Origin: Leucoraja ocellata
Lineage: Eukaryota
DNA: 64,000 nt
Direction: 5' to 3'
Assembly (NCBI GenBank): GCA_036785375.1
Contig: JAWMAR010000471.1
Location: forward strand, 1-64,000
The position numbers and the translations under genes were made by a program. Positions 62,083-64,000 of this stretch are shown here, in pieces (the first letter of the stretch is position 1; each line of letters opens with the position of its first letter). The notes beneath the pieces are model-generated. The model worked only from the letters and a program-made list of their open reading frames with translations. It was not told where the DNA came from and did not search any database.

Positions 62083-63827
62083 GGGTTCAGAGCGCAGTAA
62101 TACGTCGCCGAGTCTCGGAGCCGCGTTTGTGACACCGTCAGCGGGACCATTCCCGTCGAATGGTTGAACTCCGCAGTAAAACGTTCCCCGGCATTGTTCT
62201 TATGGCCAGCATCGTATCTCGTTCTGAGCAGCAGAAACTGAAGGGATCCGCCGGGATACTGACGATACCAGATTAGTCCATGAGTGGACCTGCTTGTAGC
62301 TGTATAGTTGCAGCTCAACTGTGCGTCATCCCCTTCACTCACTGTAACCGCTGCCGGTGTCTGAGAAACGGCGTCGCCTCGACAATTCCCTGCAAGAGTC
62401 CGGGGATAAAAAACACAACATCACCTAATTCAGCTCATACTTCAGAATACCCCTCATCCTGGTACTGATATGAGGTACAATGACATCAAACATACCACTC
62501 CCCAAAAAGCTAAATAAAGATGGGCGGAAAGGCGCTGGGAATTACCGAATGAATTGATCTTTAAGGATAATACAACCGGTTCCATCGGACTGGACGTCGC
62601 TATTGCTTCCGGGGTGGAAAAGGGGAATCGGTAGGCGGCGCGGCTCTGGCCAGCAGCGGCCTCTGCAGCCAGTCCGCGTTTTTATTATTTTTTGTCTGTG
62701 TTTTTATGTAGTTTTTGTTATTTTATGTTGGGGTGTGTGTGGGGGTGGGGGCGGGGGTGGGGTGGGAGGGGGGGGGGAAACGTTTTGAATCTCTCCCTGC
62801 ACTGGAGACCCGACCTTTTCTCGTCGGGTCTCAGGTGTCGTTGAGGCCGCAACGAGGAGCGGCCTCCAACAGGAAGAAGCCGGGGACTCAGGTGTCGACT
62901 CACCGTTGCCGTCGCGGAGCTGGCCGAGTCCGGAGCGGGTGGAGCGGTGGAGGAGCGCTGCTGCTGCTGCTGTCGTTGCTGCTGCTGCTGCTGCTGCTGC
63001 TACCGGAGAGTCGGAGGCTCCAACGGCAGGTCTGTGGACGGCGGCACCGGGAGCCCACGGCTCCCTGGAGGGAGACCGCTTCTCAGGGCTCCTGCAACGG
63101 CGACTTCTCCCGCCCGAGTTGCGGGGTTGAAGAGCTCCTGGAGCGGGGCCTGACACCACTGCCCCGCGCGGCTGGAATGGCCGCGGACTCTGCGAGCGCA
63201 CACCTGGGGCTCTAACACCAAGACCCGGTGTGCGACCTCGCACCACCCGGCGTGGCTTTAATGGCCGCGGGACAATCGTCATCGCCAGCCGGGGGCTATG
63301 ACTTTGACTCTGACATCGGGGGGGGGGGGGGGAGAGTGCAGTGGAGAGATAAGTTTATTTGGCCTTCCATCACAGCTATGTGATGGATGTTTATGTTAAA
63401 TGTAATTATTGTTGTGTCTGGGGTCTATTTGTATGTAATGTGTGGCTGCAGAAACGGCATTTCGTTTGGACCTCCAGGGGTCCAAATGACAATTAAATTG
63501 ACTCTGACTCTGACTCTGACACTCGTGCGTGAACCACCGGTGTGTTCTAACTCTACGATGCGGCTGCACCAACGCGGCTGCTTTCCAACAATTAACCTGG
63601 AAACTCACCTCAAATTTCCGAACATCAATTACTGTGAAACTGCATCTTTTTTCCTAATGTGCTCTACGTTTACTGTGCTCATACGGACTCCCTTTCTAAA
63701 GTCGCTGTGTTGCATTCAAGGCACTTCGTTGATTAAATATTGTGCCCTGCATTATTGGAAACGTGGTGAACTTACCGGTTAAGAGAGCAGCAGCTGTAAG
63801 AAGCCAATACATTGTCAAGGCCAGCAT
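62083..63827 (-). CDS. TRAV: V34: TCR alpha/delta V segment (paralog of V16)
   Basis: Leader 63776-63827, V exon 62083-62389. RSS CACGGTG-23-GCAAAAACT. Confidence 0.85.
62631..63519 (+). mobile_element. GC-rich retroposon, copy 3
   Basis: Same junctions and sequence as 28184-29072. Confidence 0.78.
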
Positions 63828-64000
63828 GTTGTAATTGCATTGAGAGTGAATATGAACTGAAATTGTCTCACCCGGAAACAGGTTTAATCTGATATTGTAA
63901 AAGAGCTGTGGTCTAGGTTCTTCATTCATTGGCTTATTCTTGACAGCGTCACATCCCGTCAGCGCGGAGCTAATTTGTTCTCCATGTTCCCGAAGTTTCT

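Larger units (their letters stand above)
5..63827 (-). repeat. Tandem array of TCR alpha/delta V gene units (about 1.67 kb each; 34 V exons, 2 orphan leader cassettes)
   Basis: The order RSS / V exon / intron / leader / promoter recurs throughout. V1-V2 spacing is 1671 bp and V2-V3 is 1661 bp. Longer spacings coincide with retroelement insertions or orphan leader cassettes. Confidence 0.97.
49310..64000. repeat. Segmental duplication, copy B (runs off the window end)
   Basis: Colinear with about 14880-29553. Confidence 0.93.

Noticed and set aside
1-64000. CRISPR-like or prokaryotic repeat system
   Set aside because: The repeats are kilobase gene units with spliceosomal introns, RSSs and vertebrate LINE fragments. 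There is no short repeat-spacer array and no cas gene.
1-64000. Cluster-type (V-D-J-C) organisation, NAR-TCR/IgNAR or Ig V identity
   Set aside because: I saw no 12-RSS, D, J (FGxG) or C exon between V segments and no Ig octamer in the promoters. CDR2 is full length, unlike NAR V. This was judged by eye, and alpha versus delta usage cannot be settled from this window.

Overview
Vertebrate genomic DNA, most likely a cartilaginous fish (inferred from the V-protein style and the CR1/Rex1-type repeats; species not determinable here). The whole window is a compact tandem array, on the minus strand, of one family of T-cell receptor alpha/delta-type variable gene segments: 34 V exons (here V1-V34, numbered left to right) in a unit of about 1.67 kb. 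Each unit has a promoter (CRE, ETS, CCAAT, RUNX motifs), a 52-bp leader exon (MLALTMYWLLTAAALLT/G), an intron of about 500 bp, a 307-bp V exon (GNCRG|DAVSQTP...C...WYRQ...YYCAL) and a 23-bp-spacer RSS whose heptamer is never the consensus (CACGGTG, CACGGAG or CACGGAA). 27 segments look intact and 7 look disabled (V3, V10, V15, V18, V20, V25, V33). There are two extra leader/promoter cassettes with no V exon. I saw no D, J or C segments. Nested duplications include a 14.7-kb-or-longer block repeated at an offset of about 34.45 kb, and a 2.56-kb tandem duplication that created a chimeric V. Retroelement insertions mark unit lineages: CR1 3' fragments, a Rex1/Babar 3' fragment, and three non-coding elements that share a covarying 3' stem-loop. 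Most short ORFs in the supplied track are shadow frames of the repeated unit.
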